Source of the DNA: Octopus vulgaris
Lineage: Eukaryota
Assembly (NCBI GenBank): GCA_951406725.2
Contig: OX597818.1
Location: 47,864,001-47,928,000, forward strand
Direction: 5' to 3'
DNA: 64,000 bases
How positions within the stretch are numbered: position 1 is the first letter of the stretch; each line of letters starts with the position of its first letter. The position numbers were made by a program, and so were the translations under genes. The notes beneath the pieces are model-generated. The model was given only the letters and a program-made list of their open reading frames with translations. It was not told the DNA's origin and made no database searches. Positions 28,554 through 41,021 of the stretch are shown in pieces.

Positions 28554-28870
28554 CCAGGTCTTCCTCATGTTGCATACTAACAGTTTTAAAAATGGAGGAT
28601 ACGTTTGACAATCTACTTCCCGAGATACAGAAATACACCTTACCTATTTTAAAAGAAGACTACATTACACGTGTAAGAAAGCTGCGATGGTCTGTCATAC
28701 ACACCTATAACAAAAGCGTCCAGAACACAACTTATCATAAGTCTGTATGACAGCCCTCATCTGGGGCCAAAATTGTTATTAATGACAGAGCCATACATAT
28801 ATACGTGTATGTGTGTATGTATGTATGTATGTATGTATGTATGTATGTATGTATGTATTCACATGTGTGA

Positions 28871-29687
28871 GTAAATCCTCGAGTATAATTCGCATTTTAC
28901 CACCAAAATTTAAAGGTCAAAATCCCTGGTGCGTACTATATACGAGGTTAAAAATGAAAAATATTTTCTAAGCAATGTCCGAGTTTATTCAGACGCATTT
29001 TGTGATGTAGGGCACGAAAATACCTTAAGCTAAGTCTGAAAGCAATGAAGTCATAAAAGAATCCTCCATAACTTGCAGTAAGCAACATTTATTAAAATAA
29101 AATTATTCAGAAATCAGAATAACATGTAACAAAAACAATTTGCAAACATATTTACATTCCCATATAACAGTTAAGAACATCGCCATTATTGTATTACCTA
29201 TGCGCGGAAGTGTTTGTTCGACTAGGTACTTCTGGCTTAATTACGCACGAATTGTACTTAATAGTTTAGCGCTATATAGTTCATCCTGCCTTTTGTATTG
29301 GCAGTTTGCATCATTACCGTGGCAAACAATAGATACTTAATTAAATGCCAGTATTAACTGTTTGAACTACTGTGGGTATTTACTAGAGTTTTTTATCAGC
29401 GGGACTTAAACCTGTACATTAATCTCCAATAAAACATTTCATACATTAGATGCCCATAAAATGCCTCGTAGATCTTATTCAGCTATGTTTAAACTTGAAG
29501 TTATATCATATGCTGAAGGAGGTTACCGTATTCATTTTTACAAACCAAGGACGTTATATAGACCTCCTTGACTCAATTAGAGAAGGGGTGCGTATTATAC
29601 ACAAGGTTTAGGTTTTTCAGAGGTACAGCCCCCTAAATATCCCCTGTGTATTATACTCGAGGGCGGACTATACTCGAAGATTTACTG
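28871..29687 (+). mobile_element. pogo/Tigger-like deletion derivative
   Basis: TIR-like AGTAAATCCTCGAGTATAATTCGC / GCGGACTATACTCGAAGATTTACTG-TA. The remnant MPRRSYSAMFKLEVISYAE at 29461 resembles a pogo transposase N-terminus. Confidence 0.7.
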
Positions 29688-29889
29688 TATATAATATATA
29701 TATAGAATTGAGAGATAGAACCTCCATAAAGTATTTCACTTAATACTGAAAGATATTATATAAATATAAATATATTATTATTATTAACGTTGTACTAAAA
29801 AATCCCTACACATTAAAACACTTTATTATTAATATCGTGCTAAACATTTCTATGCTAAATAATATACATTAAAAATACATATTAAAAAC

Positions 29890-29993
29890 GACGACGCGCG
29901 TTTCGTGACTATGTATACGAATCTACAATATTAAAATCGATAATAAAAAATTAATATTTTTTGACCCAACGATACATAGCCACTCTTCAGGTC
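29890..29993 (-). ncRNA. Type I minimal hammerhead ribozyme motif (Penelope-like element type)
   Basis: Minus strand reads GAC-CTGAAGA-GTGGCTATGTAT...ATACATAGTCAC-GAAA-C-GCGC-G-TC-GTC. It has an intact core, a 12-bp stem II (one G.U), a palindromic mini stem III (ACGCGCGT), a GUC cleavage triplet and a 3-bp stem I. Confidence 0.75.
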
Positions 29994-30300
29994 TCAATAT
30001 CATAAAATAAATTTACAACATAGATAAAGACGTTATAATTACACTATACTTTATGTATGTATGTATATAAATATACATGTATGTATGTATGTATGTATGT
30101 ATGTATGTATGTATGTATGTATGTATGTATGTATGTATGTATGCATGCATGTATGTATGTATGTATGTACGTACATATGTATGTATATAACCTTGAAATA
30201 TTGAAATACTAGGTAATAGTACTAACAATCAACCTGTTGTTTAAATTTTTTTTATATAGCTTGATTTGTTTCGGCTTTAAAAAATATTTAAGCGTTTTTA

Positions 30301-30425
<125 letters not shown>

Positions 30426-30622
30426 CATACGCAGTCATGGCTCTGTGGTAATGAAATTCACTTTGTAGCCATGTGCTTTCGGGTTCAGTGTCACTGTGTG
30501 GTACCGTGGGCAATCGTCTTCTACTATTGCATAGAGCCGACGAATGCCTTGTGAGTGAATTTGGTAGAAGGAAACTGCATAGAAGCCCGTCACACAAACA
30601 CAAAGACACGCACGCATACGTA

Positions 30623-30723
<101 letters not shown>

Positions 30724-30772
30724 TGTGTGTGTGTATCGTTCTGCTTGTGCTTGTCCCCGAGATCACTAGCCA

Positions 30773-30945
30773 CTACACATTCTTTATTTTCTCTCCTTGT
30801 TTCTTTCTGTGTTCCTTTCTGTGGAAGAGCATAGGCTCGAAACGTTAAAGACTTTTTCACTTCCCGAGCGTTAAACTAATGCATCGGTTTGTTGTCTACA
30901 TTACCTGTCTTCGTCTTTTGTTTTCTTTTTTTTTGTGAATTCTCC

Positions 30946-30948
<3 letters not shown>
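30773..30948 (+). mobile_element. Short (TA)n-associated module with a variant hammerhead-like motif. Copies at 26501-26646(-) and about 44489-44620(-)
   Basis: Three similar copies, each ending in (TA)n, with the motif CTTT-CTGTnGA-w-rAGC-rTAG-GCTC-GAAAC...AAAG. Confidence 0.6.
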
Positions 30949-31012
<64 letters not shown>

Positions 31013-31138
31013 CACATACATACATACATACATACATACATACATACATACATACATACATACATACATACACGCACTCATTTCGGATTTATGTAAAATC
31101 CAGGCTACATATGTTTCCTAGTTAGCAGATCCTCGGAA

Positions 31139-31187
<49 letters not shown>

Positions 31188-31420
31188 TTGAAGTAGATAA
31201 ATGAATTATCTTATTACGGATTATTCAAATGATAGCCGATACCTGGGTAGCAAAAATCACAACAGAAAAAGCACGGTTGAGGTTACGACCATGGGGTCTA
31301 AAATCCGTGCCTTAGTGCGGAAATTTGAAGTTTTATATATTTAGTGTAGGAAGAAATGGAGCTGAACGAAGACTTGTCAAAAAGCTTGCTGTGCATTTTG
31401 TTGGAGAATTAAGTTCCTGG

Positions 31421-31506
31421 ATTTTCCTGAAGAGAAGGCTGCAAAATGGACTCCTTATTCAATCCGAATTAGGGACTTTGCAGCCTTTGAAACATATGTA
31501 GAAAAT
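31421..31506 (+). ncRNA. Type I minimal hammerhead ribozyme motif, left arm of the palindrome
   Basis: ATTTTC-CTGAAGA-G-AAGGCTGCAAA...TTTGCAGCCTT-T-GAAA-C-ATAT-G-TA-GAAAAT. Stem I is 6 bp, stem II is 11 bp plus G.U, stem III is the palindrome ACATATGT, and the triplet is GUA. Confidence 0.75.
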
Positions 31507-31556
31507 AATAAAAAGGAATTTTGTTAAGTCTTCGTTCAGCTCCATTTCTTCCTACA

Positions 31557-31606
<50 letters not shown>

Positions 31607-32016
31607 AGTCCCGGGTTGAGTCGGGGTTAACCACAGTAAATAAGGTACTCAATATATAGCAGAGTAAATTAATTTATTTATTTTATAGAAGGAGCTTCTA
31701 TAGGACTAGAGCTGTTTCATTCAAAAGAAATCATCATGATGATTTCTTTTGAATGAAACAGTTCTAGTCCTGTAGAAGCTCCTTTTATAAAATAAATAAA
31801 TATATATATATATATATATATATATTTATTTATTTTATAAAAGGAGCTTCTACAGGACTAGAACTGTTTCATTCAAAAGAAATCATCATGATGATTTCTT
31901 TTGAATGAAACAGCTCTAGTCCTATAGAAGCTCCTTCTATAAAATAAATAAATTAATTTACTCTGCTATATATTGAGTACCTTATTTACTGTGGTTAACC
32001 CCGACTCAACCCGGGA

Positions 32017-32052
<36 letters not shown>

Positions 32053-32103
32053 GTGTAGGAAGAAATGGAGCTGAACGAAGACTTAACAAAATTCCTTTTT
32101 ATT

Positions 32104-32189
32104 ATTTTCTACATATGTTTCAAAGGCTGCAAAGTCCCTAATTCGGATTGAATAAGGAGTCCATTTTGCAGCCTTCTCTTCAGGAAAAT
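32104..32189 (-). ncRNA. Mirror copy of the hammerhead motif in the right arm (sense to the homeobox pre-mRNA)
   Basis: Reverse complement of 31421-31506. Confidence 0.75.
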
Positions 32190-32421
32190 CCAGGAACTTA
32201 ATTCTCCAACAAAATGCACAGCAAGCTTTTTGACAAGTCTTCGTTCAGCTCCATTTCTTCCTACACTAAATATATAAAACTTCAAATTTCCGCACTAAGG
32301 CACGGATTTTAGACCCCATGGTCGTAACCTCAACCGTGCTTTTCTGTTGTGATTTTTGCTACCCAGGTATCGGCTATCATTTGAATAATCCGTAATAAGA
32401 TAATTCATTTATCTACTTCAA

Positions 32422-32458
<37 letters not shown>

Positions 32459-32581
32459 TTCCGAGGATCTGCTAGCTATGAAACATATGTAGCCTGGATT
32501 TTACCTTCTCCAGTTCAGATTTATGTGTGCGTGTATGTATGTATGTATGTATGTATGTATGTATGTATGTATGTATGTATG

Positions 32582-32612
<31 letters not shown>

Positions 32613-33636
32613 GTGTATACGTATGTGTATAGTATGTGTATAGTGTATATGTAAGTATGTAAGTATGTGTATTTTAATGAATAAGATAAACTTTGAGTAC
32701 AGTAAGTTCTATTAATCCAGAACTTGCGTGTGGAATACAATATTTCTTGATCTTGTTTCTCTAACTTAGTGGATTTAAAACGGGGTTACATATGAGCCTA
32801 GGATATCCATATGTCCCTTGAGGATCCATATAAGATGTTTTTGTTAAAATTTATGCGTAATAAATTACTTATATTTTTACAATACACGAAATATCTTAAT
32901 TTGTTTTTGCAGTTCCTAAAAATATTTGATTCTAAATATGAGATTTATTAAAACATCAAATGTATATGAGGGTCCACTAGAGGGAAAATAGGAATCAAAG
33001 GAGTCCGTAGGAAAAAGAAATGATAGAGAACTACTGCTTTAAATTATACTCAAGTAGTTTCCAAGGAGATTAAAACAAATTATCGTACGTTTTCAATGAT
33101 CTCCTAGATGTAATACATACATACTGTCACAAGAATACTTTTTTAGTTTGTTCATAAAAATAGAACGCAAGAGTTATTTCCCTTATATCCTCAGCCTTTT
33201 ATTTTACTGAAATGAAGAATGCTTCAATCTATAACCAGTTTCTAAAGTTCTTTTATAATCTTCATACAATAGTTACTCAATTGTCGAACCATAGAATAAA
33301 AACAAACCTTTTCTTTATCTAACAATATAAATGAGGAAAGTATTCATTATTTCTGAAGATATTATTATGTGGAATATAAAATTAAAATGAGGGAGGGAAT
33401 TATAGGAATATATACATAGATACTTGTACAGATATACACATATGTATGTATGGCTAAGTAGGCGCAGGAGTGGTTGTGTGGTAAGTAGCTTGCTTACCAA
33501 CCACAGGGTTCCGGGTTCAGTCCCACTGCCTGGCACCTCGGACAAGTGTCTTCTACTATAATCTAGGGCCGACCAAAGCCTTGTGAGTGGATTTGGTAGA
33601 CAGTAACTGAAAGAAGCCCGTCGTAGATATGTATGT

Positions 33637-33672
<36 letters not shown>

Positions 33673-33852
33673 TTGTGCGTCTGTGTTTGTCCCCCCTCCA
33701 CATCGCTTGACAACCGATGCTGGTGTGTTTACGTCCCCGTAACTTAGCGGTTCGGCAAAAGAGACCGATAGAATAAGTACTAGGCTTACAAAGAATAAGC
33801 CCTGGGGTCGATTTGCTCGACTCCAGCATGGCCGCAGTCAATGACGTGTATT

Positions 33853-34609
33853 CTTTCAAACTTCGTATACTTGTAGAATGTATCACATCAAACATCTTTT
33901 ACTCTTGGCGAGTTGAGAAAATTCTGTATTTTGGAAGTTGTTTTTTGTTGAAGTTGTCGTATTTCGGTAATTTCAACCAATCAATGACGTGTATTCAGCT
34001 GAATAAAATTACTGCCGTCGTTTGTCAACAACAACTATCGGCAGTGTAAATTTCGTTTGTCGCTGTTATTTATGACATCGTTCGTGCGTTTGTACTGGCT
34101 ATAGCTTTAAGGTTTTAGGGTTAGGGTTAGGGCTTTAGAATTAGTGTTAGGATTTTCGGGTTAGGGCTAGGGTTTTAGGGTTAGGGTTAAGGTTTTAGGT
34201 TAGGGTTAGGGTTGGAGTTACGAAAAAAAAAAATGAAAAATGAAGCACGAACGATTATGGTGGTGCCATGAAGTAGATATGCTTCAGATACACTCGTTTA
34301 TTCATACAAACGTAACTGAGATGAAATATGTCATAAATAACAGTGACAAACGAAATATACGCCGCCGGATGTTGTTGTTGACAAACAACGGCTGTAATTT
34401 TATTCAACCGAATACACGTCATTGATTGGTTGAAATTACCGAAATACGACAACTTCAACAAAAAATAACTTCCAAAATACAGAATTTTCTCAACAACGCC
34501 AAGAGTAAAAGATGTTTGATGTGACACATTCTATAAGTATACGAAGTTTGAAAGTGTTTAGTTACAAAAAATTATTTTTTAAATCTGTCGGTCAAAAGGT
34601 AAAGATCCC
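33853..34609. mobile_element. Fold-back DNA element with internal (TTAGGG)n-like repeats. Relative at about 61300-61716
   Basis: Inverted arms at about 33853-34080 and 34325-34555 flank a GGGTTA-rich spacer (34110-34215). The relative shares GACGTCATTGATTGG and AGTAAAAGATGTTT motifs and has TIRs CGGTTTGAACGGCAG. Confidence 0.75.
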
Positions 34610-34767
34610 AGCATGACTGCATCCCAATGGCTGAAACAGATAAAAGTCAAAACAGACATGAAGGCGGAGACTTGAAACAACGATGTTGCGAGTCGGTTTT
34701 GGAAAGAGCTATTCTGAAATAAACTCTTATAAAATAATTCTTATTAAATGATTCAAACCAAACATAC

Positions 34768-34988
34768 CTGTATCCGTGATTCAGGTAATTTGATTCTCAT
34801 GGCCAGTCTTTCCCTCATAAAAATATCAGGGTAATGCGTTTTTCTAAAGGCTCGTTCAAGTTCTTGCAACTGTCGGGATGAAAATGTCGTCCTGTTTCGT
34901 TTAACCTTCTCAACAGAACTTAAGTGTGTTTCACCGTAACCGAGAGAGGGGCCTTGTCTGTTTCTGTTTTCACACGAACTGTCAGCAG
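34768..34988 (-). CDS. PRD-class homeobox gene, exon encoding homeodomain residues 1-46
   Basis: Acceptor tctctttttt-gtatctatAG|CT and donor CAG|GTATGT. Translates (A)[76 protein letters not shown]-diagnostic P26, D27, E32, R44 and Q46 are present. 221 nt, phase 1 in and phase 0 out. Not in the ORF track. Confidence 0.95.
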
Positions 34989-35377
34989 CTATAGATACAA
35001 AAAAGAGATAATTTTAAAAAGATATAAATATCGAGTTGATTGAATTTTTTTCTGTCTGTTTTTTTTCAGGTTCAAGTTAAGTTGATTGCTCAATTTTTTT
35101 ATTCGAAATTTCATGACATAGTATTTTACCTAAGTTAAAATTCTATATATTTGAGGCCTCAGTTATGATACTAGATAAAAAAAATATTCACCAAATTCAG
35201 TTTGGTAAACAAATTATATTTACACAAGGATGGCCATAAGTAGCTTTACCCATTTCTAATAATAATAAAGAAATGGGTAAAGCGACTTATGGCCATCCCT
35301 ATATGCTTGTATGTGTGTATCCATCCATCCATCCATCCATCCATCCATCCATCCATCCATACATACATACATACATA

Positions 35378-35455
<78 letters not shown>

Positions 35456-35522
35456 TCCATGTATGTATGAATGTATTTATGTAAGTATATATGTGGGTGT
35501 GAATGCGTGTGCATGTGTATAA

Positions 35523-35558
<36 letters not shown>

Positions 35559-38166
35559 ATACATCTCTAGCTGAAATGAAGGAGGCAACACAAGGACGTG
35601 TCCATTATCATTATGGATCTATCAAGGACTTTTGAAGGAACTTCTCAGAATGTATAGTTACCCGGCCAAATTCCTAAATCTCCCGATCCACTTCCACATA
35701 TACGTGCTGGTCTAGTGTTCTACTGGAAGAATGAGTTATTCAGTGTAAAAACAGGAATCAGATGGGGCTGTGCTCTGGCTTCTATATTATTTAATGTATT
35801 CCCACTTGTATGACTTCACTGTCATGACAAAATAAGATTATGTTCACAGAAACTCTGATATACCATCACAAACAAAGTGTATCCACTTTATACAAGTTTC
35901 AACAGAGATGGCTCGGACATGTAACACAATGATATCACTCATATCGTCTCTGTAGGGTATTCGGCGTTCAACTTTACCATAGTCGATGCCTGGCTGGAGA
36001 ACAAAAGATCCATTTCAAAGACCCAGCTAAAGACTACTTTGAAAGCAAGTAACATTAACCCCCAAAAGTTGAAAGCATCGTTACCAATCTTTCATTCTGG
36101 CGTTTTCATTGTTAACTGATACTCCGTCGGTTACAATGGCGAATGTTCCAGATGATCCGATCAACAGAAGAGCCTGCTCGTAAAATTAACGTGTAAGTGG
36201 CTGAGAACTACACCTGTACGCCTACTCTTAACGCGGGGAAATCCAGCGTGACACAGCATGGCACAGAATGTGACAAGGCTGGTCTTTTGAATTACAGGCA
36301 CAACTCATTTTTCATAACCGAATGCCCTAACCACTAAGCCAGGTGTTTTCACTCTTAGAAAGGATGAATAGAAGACATAGAAGAGAAACGTATTTAACAC
36401 AACGAGATGGGAGAAAATAGGCATCCATAAAGATGAATATTTAAATATAGCTTCTCAAACCAAACATTAACATGCCTCAGCTACAAACAAAACTGTAGAT
36501 CGATTATCATCATCATCATCCAATGTTTTAAATCCAGGTTTTGTCCCCGTCAACGAGGGTGGCCGGATCTACCTCAATGCTATAGCAACCTAGGTAGGCA
36601 TATGCAGCCTACACCAAACTTTGGGCTGGCTGGTGCCCATTCTCTGTTGCTATCATGGGGCTTTTTTGGAGTTGGATTTTCTACAGGGAGCATGCACTTG
36701 TTTACCCCCAACCTTAGTTCCTAGACATAATTGGTCCCGAGACCAGGCCGCTACCAGGATTTTTAAGAAATGTGGTGGAAAACTCGCTCAGGAAGGCAGG
36801 GATGCGACTCCCCGAGACCCCTTTCGGAACCCCCTATATATTTGGTGACTACCTATAGTCACCAAAATATTTACAATACAGAAGACATACATACATACAT
36901 CCAGACGGACAAACGGACATATAGACAGGTAGACAGTCATAGCTACGTTTATATAAGTATATCTGTGTATGTGAGTGGCGATGTAAAGTTAAACATATAA
37001 ATATACAGGAAACAACTTATTACTGTATATAATGGTTTCAAATTTTGGCACACAGTAGATTTTGCAATACCTATTTCTTTGCTACCCACAAGGGGCTAAA
37101 TACAGAGGGGACTAACAAGGACAGACAAACGGATTAAGTCGATTACATCGACCCCAGTGCGTAACTGGTACTTAATTTATCGACCCCGAAAGGATGAAAG
37201 GCAAAGACGACCTCGGCGGAATTTGAACTCAGAACGTAACGGCAGACGAAATGCCTATTTCTTTACTACCCACAAGGGGCTAAACACAGAGAGGACGAAC
37301 AAGGACAGATAAACGGATTAAGTCGATTATATCGACCCCAGTGCGTAACTGGTACTTATTTAATCGACCCCGAAAGGATGAAAGGCAAAGTCGACCTCGG
37401 CGGAATTTGAACTCAGAACGTAGCGGCAGACGAAATACTGCTGAGCATTTCGCCCGGCGCACTAACGTTTCTGCCTTTTATTAGATCACATAATGTAAAC
37501 ACGTATACGTTTGATAAAATATCTAAAGTAATTTATCAGCCCCTTCCCCCCAGAAAGTAAAGCACTATAGAGTGTTCATTTAATTTTAAGACACATCTTA
37601 TGTATGTTCGGGATGCGTCGTCAATGATGTTTCTAGGGTCCCAGGCAGTTTTGGTTCTTTCAGTATCAGACCTCATCCAGTTGACTCAGCCTGGATTGAT
37701 CAAGTACCAGCATGCATTCCAGTTGCAGCAAACCACTTGTCTCTCCGCTTAATCCAAATCCACCTAGTGACCTTCTTCGCAGCTTTGATAATAGAATCTA
37801 AATTGCTCTTCTTTGCTATATCAGTAACCCCAAACCCAGTCAGAACTCTGCAGAATAAACTACCTACAAAACCTCCTCAATTACCTTGTAATATACCTGC
37901 TAGCCCCTTAAGGTGGCGAGCCGGCAAAATGCTTTGCACCATTTCGTCTGTCTTTACGTTCTGAGTTCAAATTCCGCTGAGGTTGACTTTGCCTTTCAAC
38001 CATTCGAGGTCGATAAAAATAAGTACCAGTTGAGCACTGGGGTCGATATAATCGACTCACCCACTTCCCTGGAGTTGCTGGGTGTGTGCCAAAATCTGAA
38101 AGCAATATGTTTGCTAGCCACGATTTCTGCTCTGCTCTACTAGGCCCTTCCTGCGAGAACGAACGT

Positions 38167-38218
<52 letters not shown>

Positions 38219-38239
38219 TCAATAATAATAATAATAATG

Positions 38240-38690
38240 AAATTATTGCATACAGTGCTCAGGTGCACCACAACTTGTCAAAAGTGCATATAAAGCATAT
38301 GCAGTAATGTACAAATGTCTGGAAAGTGAACAGTGTATGAGTCAGATACATGCTTGCATGTGTATGGAGGGGAGAAAATCAGGTGTAGTGTTGGCGAATC
38401 TCAGGAAGCATGGAAGTTTTTGAAGGATGCAGTGCTCCGACAACTGACAACTGATGCCGGAAATTTGTTCCATGCTTCAGCAATTCTTAGCGTGAAAAAA
38501 TGTTTCCGAAAGTCATGGGAGCTGTGCTGTTTTCTGACTTTGTAAATATGTCCACGGGTGTTAGACAGGTGGAGTTTGAAAAGGTGCTCAGAGTTATTGT
38601 TAGTAAGATGGTTAATAATTTTATGGGTGTTTTCCAAGTCAGCTGCCAGACGTCGGAGTTTCAATGTATCCATGCCCAGGGAAGTAAGGC
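38240..38690 (-). mobile_element. CR1-like LINE 3' fragment with a (TTA)n tail
   Basis: LKLRRLAADL...NTRGHIYKV...RKHFFTLRIAEAWNKFP. Confidence 0.8.
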
Positions 38691-39077
38691 GTTATACGTA
38701 GCGTTAGCAGACTTAGAAGTTCTCCTTGCTTCTCCCTTGATTAGCATAGTATCGAACAATTGAGCCTAATATCTGGAGATAGTTTGCGGCACATATAATG
38801 TTTAATGATATATATGGTGATGTTCCTCAGTACACTTATATGTGTATCTTTCTGTTAGTCTTTTATTCTGTCATTCCTTCAGTGGTTTCAGTCGCAAGAC
38901 TGCGGCCATGCTGGAGTGCCGCCTTTATTCAATTTCTTTTAGTTTCGTTGTCGCTTTATTCTGAATACATATATTTTAAATCGCTATTGTTTATATATTC
39001 AGCACATTGTATTCAGCCATTTATAGATGACAATGCTGCAAGACGGATGTATAGTATAGAACCCGAACACACACACA

Positions 39078-39127
<50 letters not shown>

Positions 39128-40400
39128 GCATGTATATGAGCTTTAATAGAACTTAACTAAAATGTGAAGTTAGATCACCAATGCAATTAGACAATGACTC
39201 CACCAATACATGAAAAGTAGAGTCCAAAGGGAAGTAACTGCTATAGATGAACTATTTGTTATCTCCCTTGTTACAGAAGGCAATAAAATGATGATAAGAT
39301 TTTTAAAAATTAGAATACCAATTAAAATGATTAAAATATAAATTAGTATACAAGAAGACATGGGATGAAAAATAGCACAATATTATCCCAGCTGCGTTGT
39401 TAGCCAATCGAATAGAATGCCATGCAATATTTGTTCTGATCCTCTGCTCCGTGAGTTTAGATCGAGCTGAGATCAACGTTGCTTTTATTCTTTCACGTCG
39501 ATAAAGAATACAAACGAAGAGCGTTGGATGAACAGAACTGTTAGAACATCGGACTGTATGCCTTGCGTTATTTGTTTCGGCTCTTTGCGTTCTGGGTTCA
39601 AATTCACTCCGGTATACTTGTGTAGTAGGTATAATCCGGGGCTCCCGTCTGACAGCAGCTTCGGGCAGCTTTAGTGCCTTTAGCTGAGTAGACTTCAATG
39701 GAAGTATACGGCCAAATTTCTTTTGCCTTGTCTTCAAACACACTCAGAGGCCATATAATAGGCGCTTCCTTCCACTTGACAAAACGAACCACAAAATCCA
39801 ACATGGCTAATTCTTTTCGCTACAACCTCTCTGTACCCTCGTCAATATTATACCGTAAGCCCCCGATTAAGGCGGCGAGCTGGCAGAAACGTTAGCACGC
39901 CGTGCGAAATGCTTAGCGTTATTTCGTCTGCCGCTACGTTCCGAGTTCAAATTCCGCCGAAGTCGACTTTGCCTTTCATCCTTTCGTGGGCCGATAAATT
40001 AAGTACCAGTTACGCACTGGGGTCGAAGTAATCGACTTAATCCGTTTGTCTGTTCTTGTTTGTCCCTTCTATGTTTAGCCCCTAGTGGGTAGTAAAGAAA
40101 TAGGTATTTTGTCTGCCGCTACTTTCTGAGTTCAAATGCCTTTCATCCTTTCGGGGTCGATAAATAAAGTACCAGTTACGCACTGGGGTCGATATAATCG
40201 ACTTAATCCGTTTGTCTGTTCTTGTTTGTCCCTTCTATGTCCATTCTATTGTCCCCTTGTGGGCAGTAAAGAAATATATACCGCAAGCCCCTGAAAATAA
40301 CGCAACTTAACATCGTAAATCATAGCATACTGCATCTACGCTGTATTACATTACATTAAAAGCTTTAAAACACATTATGGATGCGTACTTTCGATTGTGT

Positions 40401-40650
40401 GGAGGCGCGTGGCTTAGTGGTTAGGGTGTCAGTATCATGATCGTAAGATTGTGGTTTCGATTCCTGGACCGGGCGACGCGTTGTGTTCTTGAGCAAAACA
40501 CTTCATTTCACGTTGCTCCAGTCCACTCAACTGGCTTAAAATGAGTAACGCTGCGATGGACTGGCGTCCTGTCCAGCTGGGGAACACATACGCCATAGAA
40601 ATTGGGAAACCGGGCCCATGAACCTGGCTAGGCTTTAAAAAGGGGCATTT
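40401..40650 (+). mobile_element. tRNA-derived SINE (GGAGGCGCGTGGCTTAGTGG head). Copies at about 15472-15715(+) and 60950-61157(-)
   Basis: A/B-box-like head followed by TTGTGTTCTTGAGCAAAACACTT, with three copies in the window. Confidence 0.8.
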
Positions 40651-40711
40651 ATTTTTTTATTTTACTTTTGATTGTACTCCACCTTTCGTAGCTCGACTCA
40701 GAATGCAAAAT

Positions 40712-40751
<40 letters not shown>

Positions 40752-40983
40752 CTTTTATCCTTTATCTATCTTTTATCCTTTATCTGTTTCAGTCATTGGG
40801 CTGTGGCGATGCTGGAGTACACATGCACAATTATGGATTCGTATGCCTGTGCATGCATGCATGCATGCATGCATGCATGCATGCATGCATGTATGTATGT
40901 ATGTATGTATGTATGTATGTATGTATGTATGTATGTATACATGCATGCCTGTATGTATGTATGTATGTATGTATGTAAGTATG

Positions 40984-41021
<38 letters not shown>

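Larger units (their letters stand above)
31093..32504. repeat. About 1.4-kb near-perfect palindrome centred on a (TA)n tract near 31812
   Basis: The left arm starts GTAAAATCCAGGCTACATATG and the right arm ends CATATGTAGCCTGGATTTTAC. The arms differ only by a few substitutions, one homopolymer base and (TA)n lengths. Confidence 0.95.

Noticed and set aside
34110-34215. Telomere or chromosome-fusion site
   Set aside because: The repeats are short, degenerate and internal to a dispersed fold-back element.
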